Position numbers and translations under genes: made by a program. A model generated the notes under the pieces. It was not told the origin of the DNA and ran no database searches. It saw nothing but the letters and a program-made list of their open reading frames with translations. From Hydrolagus affinis (taxonomy: Eukaryota), in assembly GCA_012026655.1 (NCBI GenBank), contig JAAILG010001903.1, positions 1-60,290 on the forward strand: DNA of 60,290 bases, in the 5' to 3' direction. Below, piece after piece: positions 48,501 to 54,732 of the stretch; the first letter of the stretch is position 1, and every line of letters begins with the position of its first letter.

Positions 48501-49286
48501 GAGTTAATTATCCATATTTTTTTTATTAATTTATTATCAGACTATACATTATGCATAATATACTCTACCCATTTTAAACAATGTTAGTTAAATTTGAATA
48601 AAATGTAATTAGCAGTGCAGTTTGTAACATCTACAGAATAAAAGCCAAACTAAACAATTTCGGGCAGAAGTAGAACATCATCCATCCCACCTACTCATCC
48701 AATTTTTCACAATGTTCCATCAATATACTATATCTAGCAATAAATATAATAGCCCAGAGTCCTATGACAGGAACTTGTCTAGTTCCTTTTTGAAACCCTT
48801 TGTTGATTTAAATGGAATTGGATGAGATAATGAAGTATTTATGGTTTGTATCTACAATAAATCCCTTGAGGCTTCTCAATTTCTTGCTGCCTGGTTGAGC
48901 TTCAACAGTATTACTTGCTATTATGAAAACATAGAAGTATAACACAAGAATAGATAAAACAAAACATGAACAGTTTTCGCCTTTACCACAGGCACCCAGC
49001 AGTAGGAGATTCAACACTAAATAAACACTAAATTCCCAGAACTGGAAGCATTTTATATAATCAATTTTCCTTGGCAGCAAGTGTATAAAATTTGCAAATA
49101 AAAGCTTACTTTGTTTTTCGCCCACCCAATTGTTGAGGAGGTAGTAAGACTCCTCATTACTACAACCCAACCTAAGAACCACCATGTCAAATACGATTTA
49201 TTGCTAATTGCAAATGTAAATGATTCATATTTTAAAACAGGACTTCCCTTTTTCTCCCAAAATGCAAACCGTGATGAGAAAGCCAT
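436..49286 (-). CDS. MYO18A: Unconventional myosin-18A, multi-exon, partial (3' end and alpha/PDZ exon outside the window); span includes the candidate gamma-type first exons
   Basis: Spliced translation follows the human MYO18A sequence as I recall it, co-linearly (KTEEQIA..., [62 protein letters not shown]). Exon phases are consistent throughout. Confidence 0.97.
1092..1206 (-). CDS. MYO18A: MYO18A exon, coiled coil ([38 protein letters not shown])
   Basis: ttcag| and |gttagt, 115 nt, phase 0 to 1. Confidence 0.95.
1535..1654 (-). CDS. MYO18A: MYO18A exon, coiled coil ([40 protein letters not shown])
   Basis: cacag| and |gtggga, 120 nt, phase 0-0. Confidence 0.95.
2798..2887 (-). CDS. MYO18A: MYO18A exon, start of coiled coil ([30 protein letters not shown])
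   Basis: catcag| and |gtaagt, 90 nt, phase 0-0. Confidence 0.95.
3465..3755 (+). mobile_element. L2-clade LINE 3' fragment
   Basis: Translates [14 protein letters not shown] (hallmark of the L2 ORF2 C-terminus); tail gtgctgtccaaatgcaagttgtt. Confidence 0.7.
4788..4995. repeat. Tandem duplication, two diverged units of about 100 bp
   Basis: acattttcagatttacata...acaaacaagataactca...ttcttcaac..attattaat occurs twice. Confidence 0.75.
5069..5212 (-). CDS. MYO18A: MYO18A exon, neck/hook ([48 protein letters not shown])
   Basis: ttcag| and |gtaagt, 144 nt; WxWWKLF hook motif; inside ORF 5027..5245. Confidence 0.96.
5560..5688 (-). CDS. MYO18A: MYO18A exon, converter end plus IQ motif ([43 protein letters not shown])
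   Basis: tttatag| and |gtaaaa, 129 nt; FQxxxRGxxxR IQ motif. Confidence 0.96.
5776..5867 (+). mobile_element. SINE 3' tail fragment
   Basis: gtgaagcgctttgagatgttg...gcactatatcaaatacaaggattatt. Confidence 0.75.
6275..6592 (-). mobile_element. tRNA-derived SINE with L2-type 3' tail, full length
   Basis: Head has A box TAGCTCAGTGG and B box GTTCAAATCC; tail ...tatatcaaatgtaaggattatta; near-identical head at 24.8 kb. Confidence 0.85.
8618..8852 (-). mobile_element. L2-clade LINE 3' end
   Basis: aacaacttggatttatgtagcgccctccacgcc...; shared with copies at 35.5, 37.2 and 57.8 kb. Confidence 0.75.
9590..9900 (+). mobile_element. LF-SINE-like ancient element
   Basis: ccagttcccagtgggcatgagttcacatcacaaaa and aattgacacgaagctggcagtctca resemble the recalled LF-SINE core; boundaries approximate. 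Confidence 0.55.
13778..13843 (-). CDS. MYO18A: MYO18A exon, converter ([22 protein letters not shown])
   Basis: ttttag| and |gtaagg, 66 nt, phase 0-0. Confidence 0.95.
14714..14723. promoter_or_regulatory. CArG box (SRF site)
   Basis: CCTTATATGG, perfect CC(A/T)6GG; motif only. Confidence 0.35.
16308..17018. mobile_element. Non-autonomous Tigger/pogo-like (Tc1/mariner superfamily) MITE with long internal palindrome, copy 1
   Basis: TIRs CAGTAGAAGCCCATTTATCCG ... CGGATAAACGGGCTTTTACTG; TA on the left flank; CpG-rich relative to surroundings; no transposase ORF. Confidence 0.85.
17440..17549 (-). CDS. MYO18A: MYO18A exon ([37 protein letters not shown])
   Basis: ctatag| and |gtgagt, 110 nt, phase 1 to 0. 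Confidence 0.96.
17745..17872 (+). mobile_element. CR1 LINE 3' UTR fragment
   Basis: gatgggccgaatgacttccttcggtgctatataattctatgac. Confidence 0.7.
18062..18141. promoter_or_regulatory. Promoter-like motif cluster (ETS, RFX X-box, CCAAT)
   Basis: CACTTCCTG (18062), GTCTCCTAGCAAC (18115), ATTGG (18137) in a locally GC-richer non-repeat patch. Confidence 0.35.
18290..18715. mobile_element. Two SINE 3' fragments tail-to-tail (about 18290-18413 on +, about 18570-18715 on -)
   Basis: ctatatcaaatgcaagcattatt and its reverse complement aataattcttgcatttgatatag. Confidence 0.7.
19765..20170 (-). mobile_element. Deu-domain SINE (SacSINE1/AmnSINE1-like), degraded
   Basis: Minus strand reads ctctgagtcagaaagttgtgagttcaag (head), then gtcggaggggctgttcttcagatgagacgtttaaaactgagg...aagatcacatggcactgttct (resembles the Deu core as recalled), then L2-type tail. 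Confidence 0.65.
20289..20529 (-). CDS. MYO18A: MYO18A exon, motor ([21 protein letters not shown]...[20 protein letters not shown])
   Basis: gacag| and |gtaggt, 241 nt, phase 0 to 1. Confidence 0.95.
20913..21099 (-). CDS. MYO18A: MYO18A exon, motor ([62 protein letters not shown])
   Basis: cctag| and |gttagt, 187 nt, phase 2 to 0. Confidence 0.96.
21180..21325 (-). mobile_element. SINE 3' fragment
   Basis: ataataataatccttgcatttgatgtagcgccttatcac...ccaattgcgcacagcagtgtc. Confidence 0.75.
21412..21571 (-). CDS. MYO18A: MYO18A exon, motor ([54 protein letters not shown])
   Basis: ttacag| and |gtaaga, 160 nt, phase 1 to 2. Confidence 0.96.
21777..21918 (-). CDS. MYO18A: MYO18A exon, motor ([47 protein letters not shown])
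   Basis: ggtag| and |gtaaag, 142 nt, phase 0 to 1. Confidence 0.96.
22455..22548 (+). mobile_element. CR1 LINE 3' UTR fragment
   Basis: gatgggccgaatagcctccttctgtgctgtataattctatga. Confidence 0.7.
23394..23506. repeat. Direct repeat aaattcatttgattgaaacctgt (two copies) bracketing a tatactgat minisatellite
   Basis: Read directly from the sequence. Confidence 0.8.
23846..23932 (-). CDS. MYO18A: MYO18A exon, motor ([29 protein letters not shown])
   Basis: ctctag| and |gtaaga, 87 nt, phase 0-0. Confidence 0.94.
24341..24533 (-). CDS. MYO18A: MYO18A exon, switch-2 and relay ([24 protein letters not shown]...[31 protein letters not shown])
   Basis: attag| and |gtattc, 193 nt, phase 2 to 0. Confidence 0.96.
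24615..24882 (-). mobile_element. tRNA-derived SINE, same family, internal deletion
   Basis: Same A/B-box head (TAGCTCAGTGG, GTTCGAATCC) and tail atcaaatgcaaggattattat. Confidence 0.85.
25012..25212 (-). mobile_element. CR1 LINE 3' end
   Basis: [25 protein letters not shown] (CR1 ORF2 C-terminus) followed by gatgggctgaatggcctcc...attctatgattcta tail. Confidence 0.8.
25620..25710 (-). CDS. MYO18A: MYO18A exon, motor ([31 protein letters not shown])
   Basis: aatag| and |gtaatt, 91 nt, phase 1 to 2. Confidence 0.94.
25988..26161 (-). CDS. MYO18A: MYO18A exon, motor ([58 protein letters not shown])
   Basis: ttttaag| (AAG acceptor) and |gtaaaa, 174 nt, phase 1-1. Confidence 0.95.
27298..27324 (-). 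CDS. MYO18A: Candidate 27-nt cassette microexon (EASLITSKE)
   Basis: ttgcaaatagatag| acceptor, AAA|gtaagt consensus donor; phase 1-1 and open in frame; no homology recalled. Confidence 0.35.
27867..27878 (-). CDS. MYO18A: 12-nt microexon (DGDE), positional equivalent of human EAAE
   Basis: aacacag|ATGGTGATGAAG|gtaaaa; phase 1-1; fills the 4-residue gap between GATK and AGR(K/R)QF seen in the human protein. Confidence 0.8.
28225..28278 (-). CDS. MYO18A: Candidate 54/51-nt cassette exon ([18 protein letters not shown])
   Basis: tttag|CAG tandem acceptor, CTG|gtaatt donor, phase 1-1 and open; weak pyrimidine tract. Confidence 0.25.
29262..29360 (-). mobile_element. Degraded SINE 3' fragment
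   Basis: ataataatccgtgcatttgatac...catctcaaagcatttcac. Confidence 0.55.
29897..29917 (-). CDS. MYO18A: Candidate 21-nt cassette microexon (VPSVLML)
   Basis: ttgcaacaaatctcag|TTCCTTCTGTTCTTATGCTGG|gtaagc; phase 1-1 and open in frame. Confidence 0.5.
30091..30438 (+). mobile_element. tRNA-derived SINE, older related subfamily
   Basis: tcctgtagcttattggttagagc head; tail atcaaatgcaaggattat. Confidence 0.75.
30660..30850 (+). mobile_element. Degraded CR1 ORF2 C-terminal fragment
   Basis: [17 protein letters not shown]...FKGEL resembles CR1 RxFFxxRVVxxWNxLP...FKxxL. Confidence 0.5.
33170..33478 (+). mobile_element. Degraded L2-like 3' fragment
   Basis: Pyrimidine-rich body ending aagtgctttgggatgccttc...gtataaaatt. 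Confidence 0.45.
33872..33917. repeat. Perfect 23-bp tandem duplication
   Basis: catatgcatcaaaactaaaatta, two copies. Confidence 0.9.
34116..34260 (-). CDS. MYO18A: MYO18A exon, motor ([48 protein letters not shown])
   Basis: ctccag| and |gtactg, 145 nt, phase 0 to 1. Confidence 0.96.
35183..35246 (-). CDS. MYO18A: MYO18A exon, motor ([22 protein letters not shown])
   Basis: ttacag| and |gtatta, 64 nt, phase 2 to 0. Confidence 0.95.
35348..35448 (-). CDS. MYO18A: MYO18A exon, motor ([34 protein letters not shown])
   Basis: aatag| and |gtactg, 101 nt, phase 0 to 2. Confidence 0.96.
35488..35620 (-). mobile_element. L2-clade LINE 3' end
   Basis: acaacaacatgcgcttacatagaaccctccacgc... GC-rich body similar to the 8.6-kb copy. 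Confidence 0.6.
35774..35916 (-). CDS. MYO18A: MYO18A exon, switch-1 ([48 protein letters not shown])
   Basis: tcacag| and |gtgaga, 143 nt, phase 1 to 0. Confidence 0.96.
36069..36279 (-). CDS. MYO18A: MYO18A exon, P-loop ([12 protein letters not shown]...[38 protein letters not shown])
   Basis: ttatag| and |gtaggt, 211 nt, phase 0 to 1. Confidence 0.97.
36377..37110. mobile_element. Same MITE family, copy 2, inverted relative to copy 1
   Basis: TA|CAGTAAAAGCCTGTTTATCCG ... AGATAAATGAGCTTCTACTG|TA; reverse complement aligns along copy 1. Confidence 0.88.
37200..37262 (-). mobile_element. L2-clade LINE 3' terminus
   Basis: aacaacaactttgatttatatagcgccctccacgccggacggcgtctcagagcg. Confidence 0.7.
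37342..37518 (-). CDS. MYO18A: MYO18A exon, motor start ([59 protein letters not shown])
   Basis: aacag| and |gtatgt, 177 nt, phase 0-0. Confidence 0.97.
37962..38074 (-). CDS. MYO18A: MYO18A exon, SH3-like ([38 protein letters not shown])
   Basis: ctctag| and |gtattt, 113 nt, phase 1 to 0. Confidence 0.96.
39052..39139 (-). CDS. MYO18A: MYO18A first common exon ([29 protein letters not shown])
   Basis: ttctag| and |gtaatc, 88 nt, phase 0 to 1; matches human AKTEEQIAAEEAW...KVWLVHRDGFSL. Confidence 0.96.
39470..39780 (-). mobile_element. Degraded L2-like fragment
   Basis: Purine-rich; gaaggtcttgagac...gaagttccagag resembles the other L2 copies. Confidence 0.45.
40584..40640. repeat. 26-bp direct repeat, period 31
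   Basis: ctaagaaaataacacatgagatgaag, two copies. Confidence 0.9.
40716..40784 (-). CDS. MYO18A: Alternative N-terminal cassette exon ([23 protein letters not shown]); a second acceptor 6 nt inside gives 63 nt
   Basis: ctctccag| and CAG|gttggc, 69 nt, phase 0-0; GC-richer island in AT-rich intron. Confidence 0.7.
41721..41952. mobile_element. Small old MITE with central hairpin
   Basis: Imperfect TIRs CAGGGCGACCTCATTATAA ... TTACAATGGGGTCACCCTG followed by TA; central 30-bp stem at 41816-41879. Confidence 0.65.
42753..42830 (-). CDS. MYO18A: Alternative N-terminal cassette exon ([26 protein letters not shown]), GC donor
   Basis: gtcacag| acceptor with pyrimidine tract; phase 0-0 (78 nt) only with the CAG|gcaggt donor. 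Confidence 0.6.
44127..44201 (-). CDS. MYO18A: Gamma-type N-terminal exon ([25 protein letters not shown])
   Basis: ctttag| and |gtaaaa, 75 nt, phase 0-0, open. Confidence 0.65.
44940..45032 (-). CDS. MYO18A: Gamma-type N-terminal exon ([31 protein letters not shown])
   Basis: Pyrimidine tract plus tttgaag| acceptor, CAG|gtgtgt donor, 93 nt, phase 0-0. Confidence 0.7.
45592..46242 (-). CDS. MYO18A: Large gamma-type N-terminal exon, 217 aa, K/E/P/Q-rich, probably disordered ([16 protein letters not shown]...[22 protein letters not shown]...QQQLVKGE)
   Basis: Longest ORF in the window (45460..46218); aatttag| and GAG|gtattt, 651 nt, phase 0-0. Confidence 0.85.
48194..48289 (-). CDS. MYO18A: Gamma-type N-terminal exon 2 ([32 protein letters not shown])
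   Basis: ctaattag| and TCT|gtaagt, 96 nt, phase 0-0; VKEE aligns with the MYO18B IREE that follows MAISSRLALWEQK. Confidence 0.75.
49248..49286 (-). CDS. MYO18A: Gamma-type first coding exon ([13 protein letters not shown]); may extend to 49110
   Basis: ATG in gcagcATGG Kozak context; peptide resembles the MYO18B start MAISSRLALWEQK; donor is non-canonical (see findings). Confidence 0.75.
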
Positions 49287-50677
49287 GCTGCTGTCATGAA
49301 CTGGGAATTGGTTTTATGAAAAGATGGCAATTACAGAACAGTTGTTGGACCGGAACCCAAGTTCTTCCTAGCAACTGAAATTGGTGCAGCACATTGCCCT
49401 GGATTATGACCATGAAGTGGGACCTGGACACACGTGTGATGGTCACTGCAAGTACAGAGAAAGTGGAAAGCAGAAAGTCACAGTAAAGGTCACTTACAAT
49501 TATAAAGCTACAGCAACTATTTCAGCTAGCTGCTGGGTTGAATTTTACCAACAAAACTTTTAAAAAGGTGCAATGGGATGCAGAATTATCTGACTGGGAT
49601 GAAAAAAAACACAGAATCACAAAATATTTCACTAATTGTTGGTTTCTCAACTTGATCCATTCTGATAATGGTACCTTTCCTGATAACCAACTTTTGGAAC
49701 TACAGTAATTTATTGCCATTTGCAACTTAAATAGAAGGGTTAAAAAAATTCAGATTGAGAACATTTGATCTTACAAAATCCTAATTTGCATAACAATAGA
49801 TGTATTGCAATATAAAAAGTTACATTTTGTTGCCTTAAATGTAGGTAATCTATCTAACAGAGGACATACAACTTTTCACATACTAAATACTGGCATTTGG
49901 TATTAGAGAATCTGATAGCTCATGAGTTTGGCACATAGAACGAACTTTCAAAACACCTTATGACTCAGTCTATATATTTTTCTGCTGGATGACAACTTGC
50001 ATGATATACTATACACATGAACCAATAAATCAATTGAAAATTGCGAAAATAGGAAACAAACCCTTCTTTGCAAAGTTGGTCCACTATATGCTAGAGTAGT
50101 ATAAAATAAAATGGAGTCATTCTGTGTTTTACTTAAAGTGCACAGTGTTCTTTGAAGGGATTTTGTTTAAGCTAAATATGGACACTCCTGGAGTTGCTGT
50201 GGTCATCTGTTTGAATTAGACTCAGTGACTGGGTAAGTGGACAAAGTTAATCATCAACAGGATTATGAATTACAGACACAAGAGGAAATGATTAAACTTT
50301 ATATCAGAATCTGGATTATATACTATGATAGAGTGTCAAAAATCTGAAGAGTTAGTTAAATAACTGGATAAACAGGTGAGCTGAGAAAAATTGACGGCCA
50401 GTAACAGACTCTCCCACCATTTGTATTTATAAAGATTTGTAAAACTAGAGATTAATATCTAGGGCCCAAAGTATAAAAAAGTGATATACTTATGTTGATA
50501 ATTTACACCACATATACATATCTCAAACCATTTTTGTTAAAGGAATGAACTTCCAAAATATTTTGATGCAGTTTCAGTAAATGGATTGTACAGTGAAATT
50601 TTTTTTGAAGTACCATTGTACACATCACAGAAGATGCAAGATTATCAAAATTACAAATTAAAATTTGGTGATAATAC

Positions 50678-50815
50678 GAACATATGAAATAGGAGCAGGA
50701 GTAGGCCATTTGGCACCTCGAGCCTGTCCCACCATTTAATAAGATTATGGTTGATCTTCTAACCTAATTCTATTTACCTGCTTTATCGCCATATCCCTTA
50801 ATCCCTCTATCCTTT
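50678..50815 (-). mobile_element. CR1-type 3' end (shark-like family)
   Basis: aggagcaggagtaggccatttggcacctcgagcctg...aataagattatggttgatct. Confidence 0.65.
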
Positions 50816-51439
50816 CATCTGAAATTGATGATACACGCATACCTAAATATTATTATATTTAAAAGAGTGGGAAAAAGTAATAGATAAGGAAAAATATTGC
50901 TTCACATCTTAGCAAACCAAAACCAAATGGTTAGAAATTTGAGATGACAATATGAAATGGTTTTCTAGGTTCTGATCCATTCTTGTAAGATTTCATTTTC
51001 ACAATTTTCGTATTATTTCTAAAGAAACCAACTTTAGTCAAATATTTTGGATCCTGCTATTATAAAAGATTACTTTCTAATTGTAAAAGGTCTGCTTGGA
51101 TTACCTCTGCCTTCAATATAGTTGAATATAACAAAGCTAAATCAACAGAAGTGTATTAAATTTCACCGATTATCAGGATATAGTTTATGCAGCAATATAA
51201 TCGAGATATGTTCTTGAAACATTTTCTTTATTAAACAATGTGACATAAAAACTCAATCTTAATGATCCTAAAAAGAGCCATTCAGTAAATACAAACAGAA
51301 AGTGGTTCTTCCCTTCATTTTGTCCAAAATATAAACTACAGAACATTCTACCCCCAAAAAGGCATCTACAAAGCAATGAGGACTCGACCATAATTGCAAA
51401 ATATACATAAAGCTGTAGATTCCCACATTTTGCTAACTT

Positions 51440-51724
51440 GGGCCATACTCATATGCCCAAGCATTCTGTCCTACCATCAGCAGAGAAGCTGCCACTTTCC
51501 CCCCCAAATTCTGTAACTCTACCTATATCCCTCTGCCTCGCATCATCCATGTCTGCTCTTCTAAAAACAATTATAAAAGCTTTCTTCTTCAACTGCCTTG
51601 CTGAGGTGACCTTTCTCCAGAGCAGCACTGCTCCCCACATATTCCACCCTGCTTGGGTTCCCATTCCAGTTTTGTGAAGGGCTTTCCTGCATGAAAAAGT
51701 GCTTTACAAGTGGAAATTGTTGTT
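51440..51724 (+). mobile_element. Degraded L2-like 3' fragment
   Basis: Ends gcatgaaaaagtgctttacaagtggaaattgttgtt. Confidence 0.5.
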
Positions 51725-53690
51725 TCTATCCTCATGGTAATAAACTGGTTTTGCTTCTAGATCACCAAATCACCAGATCAGATGCTTAAATAACTTTGAT
51801 CTCATAAAGGTGAGTGTACAATTTGAAACTGAGCAAACCTAGATTTGTTGATTATGAAAGAGCAGCTTCTTTCAACGTCCTATTCCATTCACATACTAGA
51901 TGGTAGCATACTGGTTGGTTGACTTAATTGACTATCAGTGTTGACCATGTGTACAAAAATGTCTTTCTAATTCTTATTCACAAAATACTGGGTTTAACAT
52001 CGCTAAGAGTAACAGAGGGAGCTGTTGGGGAATGTGGAGCAAGTAAAATGAACTGTTGAGAAAAGGAGTCAATCATACTATATTTGAATGTTTAATAATG
52101 TTGAGGCACTGAAGTGTCAAAGAAGTTAAACACTTAAAGCCAAACAAATAGATTACAAGTAATAGCAGCAAATACTTTGGTTCAGTGATAGGAACAATAT
52201 AGGGCATGGGATCAGACAGGTGTTATTAGGTTCCTGTTTTCACTTGCACTTTGTTAGTTCCTCATTTTCTGTAAAACTGCTCTGCAAAGCAGGCAATGAA
52301 ACTTAATCCTAACCTCCCATAATGCAGTGAGACTGGAAAAAATAGGAAGATGAGTAACAGAAATAAGTAAGAAATAGATTAGAATCAACATACAACCTAA
52401 TAATTAGTATGTGAAGAATGGTAACTTTTTTAAAATGTTAAGCGTAACAACATAAAACACTGCAACTCACTTAATGTTAAAACATGGTTAATTAATGCCA
52501 ATTAATTCTCTTTTATCACACAACAACAACACATCAATTCTCTTCTGTCCTGTATTATAGAATTGTTTACAAAGATATCAGCTGTTTTTAACCAGACAAC
52601 AAACACTGCCTATTGTTATATCAGGAATACTTGGCGAATATCATGAGATAACAATTTCAAATTAGGATTCAGATGAAAGAACTCAAATTACTCGAATTTT
52701 ACTCTTATGATTTTCGACATTATGTGAATCCCTCAATTTCATTCACTGTGATCATTCCCTAACTATAATGTAACCACCTTCCTTTGATCGTTCAATCTGC
52801 CCTGCACAATTGAATATATTGTATCCCTTGTGCCGATCTATATTTTTATCATACCATTGCCTGAATTATGAATAAAGGAACGTTTCATAATATATCTGCG
52901 TCTAGATGTCTTGGGATGTCCTCCCGATGTGAAAGTCCCTATACAAACGTAATTTTGTTGTTGATGTAGATCAAAAGTTTCACAGTATAAAGGATGACAC
53001 AATGGATCCTGACTGCAATGAAACATGCAACAAACAGACTATATTTTTGTTACTTTATCAAAAAGTTTCAAAATAGTATCCATGCATGTTAATTTTGAAG
53101 AACAAAAATAGCTGAGTCTCAAAACACTTGCACTCAACTATTGATTATTTACAAAGCAGCATTTCACAAACATAATACTGCCCAAATTCACATAACTGTT
53201 GACCTACTATGAACAAAAAACAACAAGTGTTGAAAGTTCCTGAACTCAAGTCACACTGCTGTGAGGAAAAGTAAAATAAACAGTTCCTGAGGACAACTGA
53301 TGAGCAAGAATTTGGGAGATCTGAAAACGAGTAGCTAATTCACCAATAAATGGTTTTGTATTGTCTTAGGACACCAGGTCTGTCAAAATAAAATCTTAAT
53401 ATATTTTCATTTTTACACATCGTTACTCTAGTGAATAAGCTGAACGCCTGTCTCTTGGTACCTTGACAAATAGACTTCTTACTCTTATGCTACCACACAA
53501 GTTGCCCAGTATAGATTAAAACAGTATAACTATTTGTATACTTAAATATACAATACTGTCCATGTGATGTCACACAACATACCAGTAAATTCCCAAAAGA
53601 GAAACTTATTTAAAATTGATGTTACTACAGCCCCATTTTGGACAAAATGAGCCACAGAACCAGACATACACGTTTAACTTTCCACAATCA

Positions 53691-54144
53691 CTAAAAATAG
53701 ACACAGGCAATGGCTCTGGCCTAATCAAGACTGCACTTTCGAATCGAACAGTTGAGAGCAGAGACAAACGCAAATCATTACATTTAAAAATATATAAAAA
53801 CAGCACAAAAGCGGTTCTTTACTTTAAATACCTTTGCCTCTCTTGTTTTTCCCATTTTAAAAAACGCACAAACCAACTGTATATACTCCCATTAGTACAG
53901 TTTTGAAGAAGTTGCCACAGCCACTGATGCAAGCTTCCGTTCTGAGTGATGGAGAAATGTGATAGGCTCGCCATGTGTCATTTCCCTGACACTGCAAGGA
54001 GACAGCTGAGTAGCTACAGGCCTTCTAAAAATAACAAAAGAATGTATGCTTCAGCCCCAACAGTTGGTGCTTCTCAGTCACTTTATTTCTGACGACTATC
54101 CCACAATCAGTCACATAAAAACAGCAGCGTGTATACACTGATAA
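53691..54144. promoter_or_regulatory. Candidate striated-muscle enhancer
   Basis: MEF2 CTAAAAATAG (53691), E-box CAGCTG (54003), MEF2 CTAAAAATAA (54025), MCAT-like AGAATG (54039), E-box CAGTTG (54061), GATA TGATAA (54139). Confidence 0.45.
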
Positions 54145-54407
54145 AGAGTTGGGAAACTATGCCATGATTTGGTTGTCTACTCATCATGATTCAATTAGGG
54201 GAAATACAAGACTGTTAAATATCTGCCACGATTGCATACTTTCAGACAGAAGGGGAGGAAAAAAAACTGCTTTTCCTGCTGGAATTTTTTTTGTGGTGTG
54301 CTACTGTTATGGAGACAATGATTAACACTTTGAGAACCAATATAGTATTTTTGTAATTCTGAAAATATAAACATAAGGGTTAAAAGTTGTAATTAACACT
54401 TTATTAG

Positions 54408-54732
54408 TAATAATAATAATTCTTGCATTTGATAGAGCACTTTTCACAATTTCTAGACGTATCAAAGTGCTTACAGAATACACTGTAAAGTGAATTGACT
54501 TGTGGGCGAAACACACCAGCCAATTGCGCACAGCAGTATTGCGCAAACAGTCATAGATTTAAATAAGCAATTTTTTAAAAAAAATTTAGACGGATTATAA
54601 TCAGGTCGTGTGGAGTAAGGAAACCTGCCATAGATTTCACCCTACCAGGAATCAAACCCAGGTCTTTGGGTTTTTTTTAGTGGGGGAGAAGAGTGGGGGG
54701 TAACAAAGCAAGTGCTCTAACCGCTGAGCTCC
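54408..54732 (-). mobile_element. tRNA-derived SINE, same family, short insertion in head
   Basis: Shares tail, body and head (gagctcagcggttagagcac) with the 6.3-kb copy. Confidence 0.8.

Noticed and set aside
48808-49185. 125-aa minus-strand ORF near the gamma start
   Set aside because: Different frame from the ATG exon, intron-like composition, and no phase-compatible splice sites found.
436-49286. Gene could be MYO18B because of the [13 protein letters not shown] start
   Set aside because: Motor and tail exons carry 18A-specific sequence ([35 protein letters not shown]); only the first residues are 18B-like.
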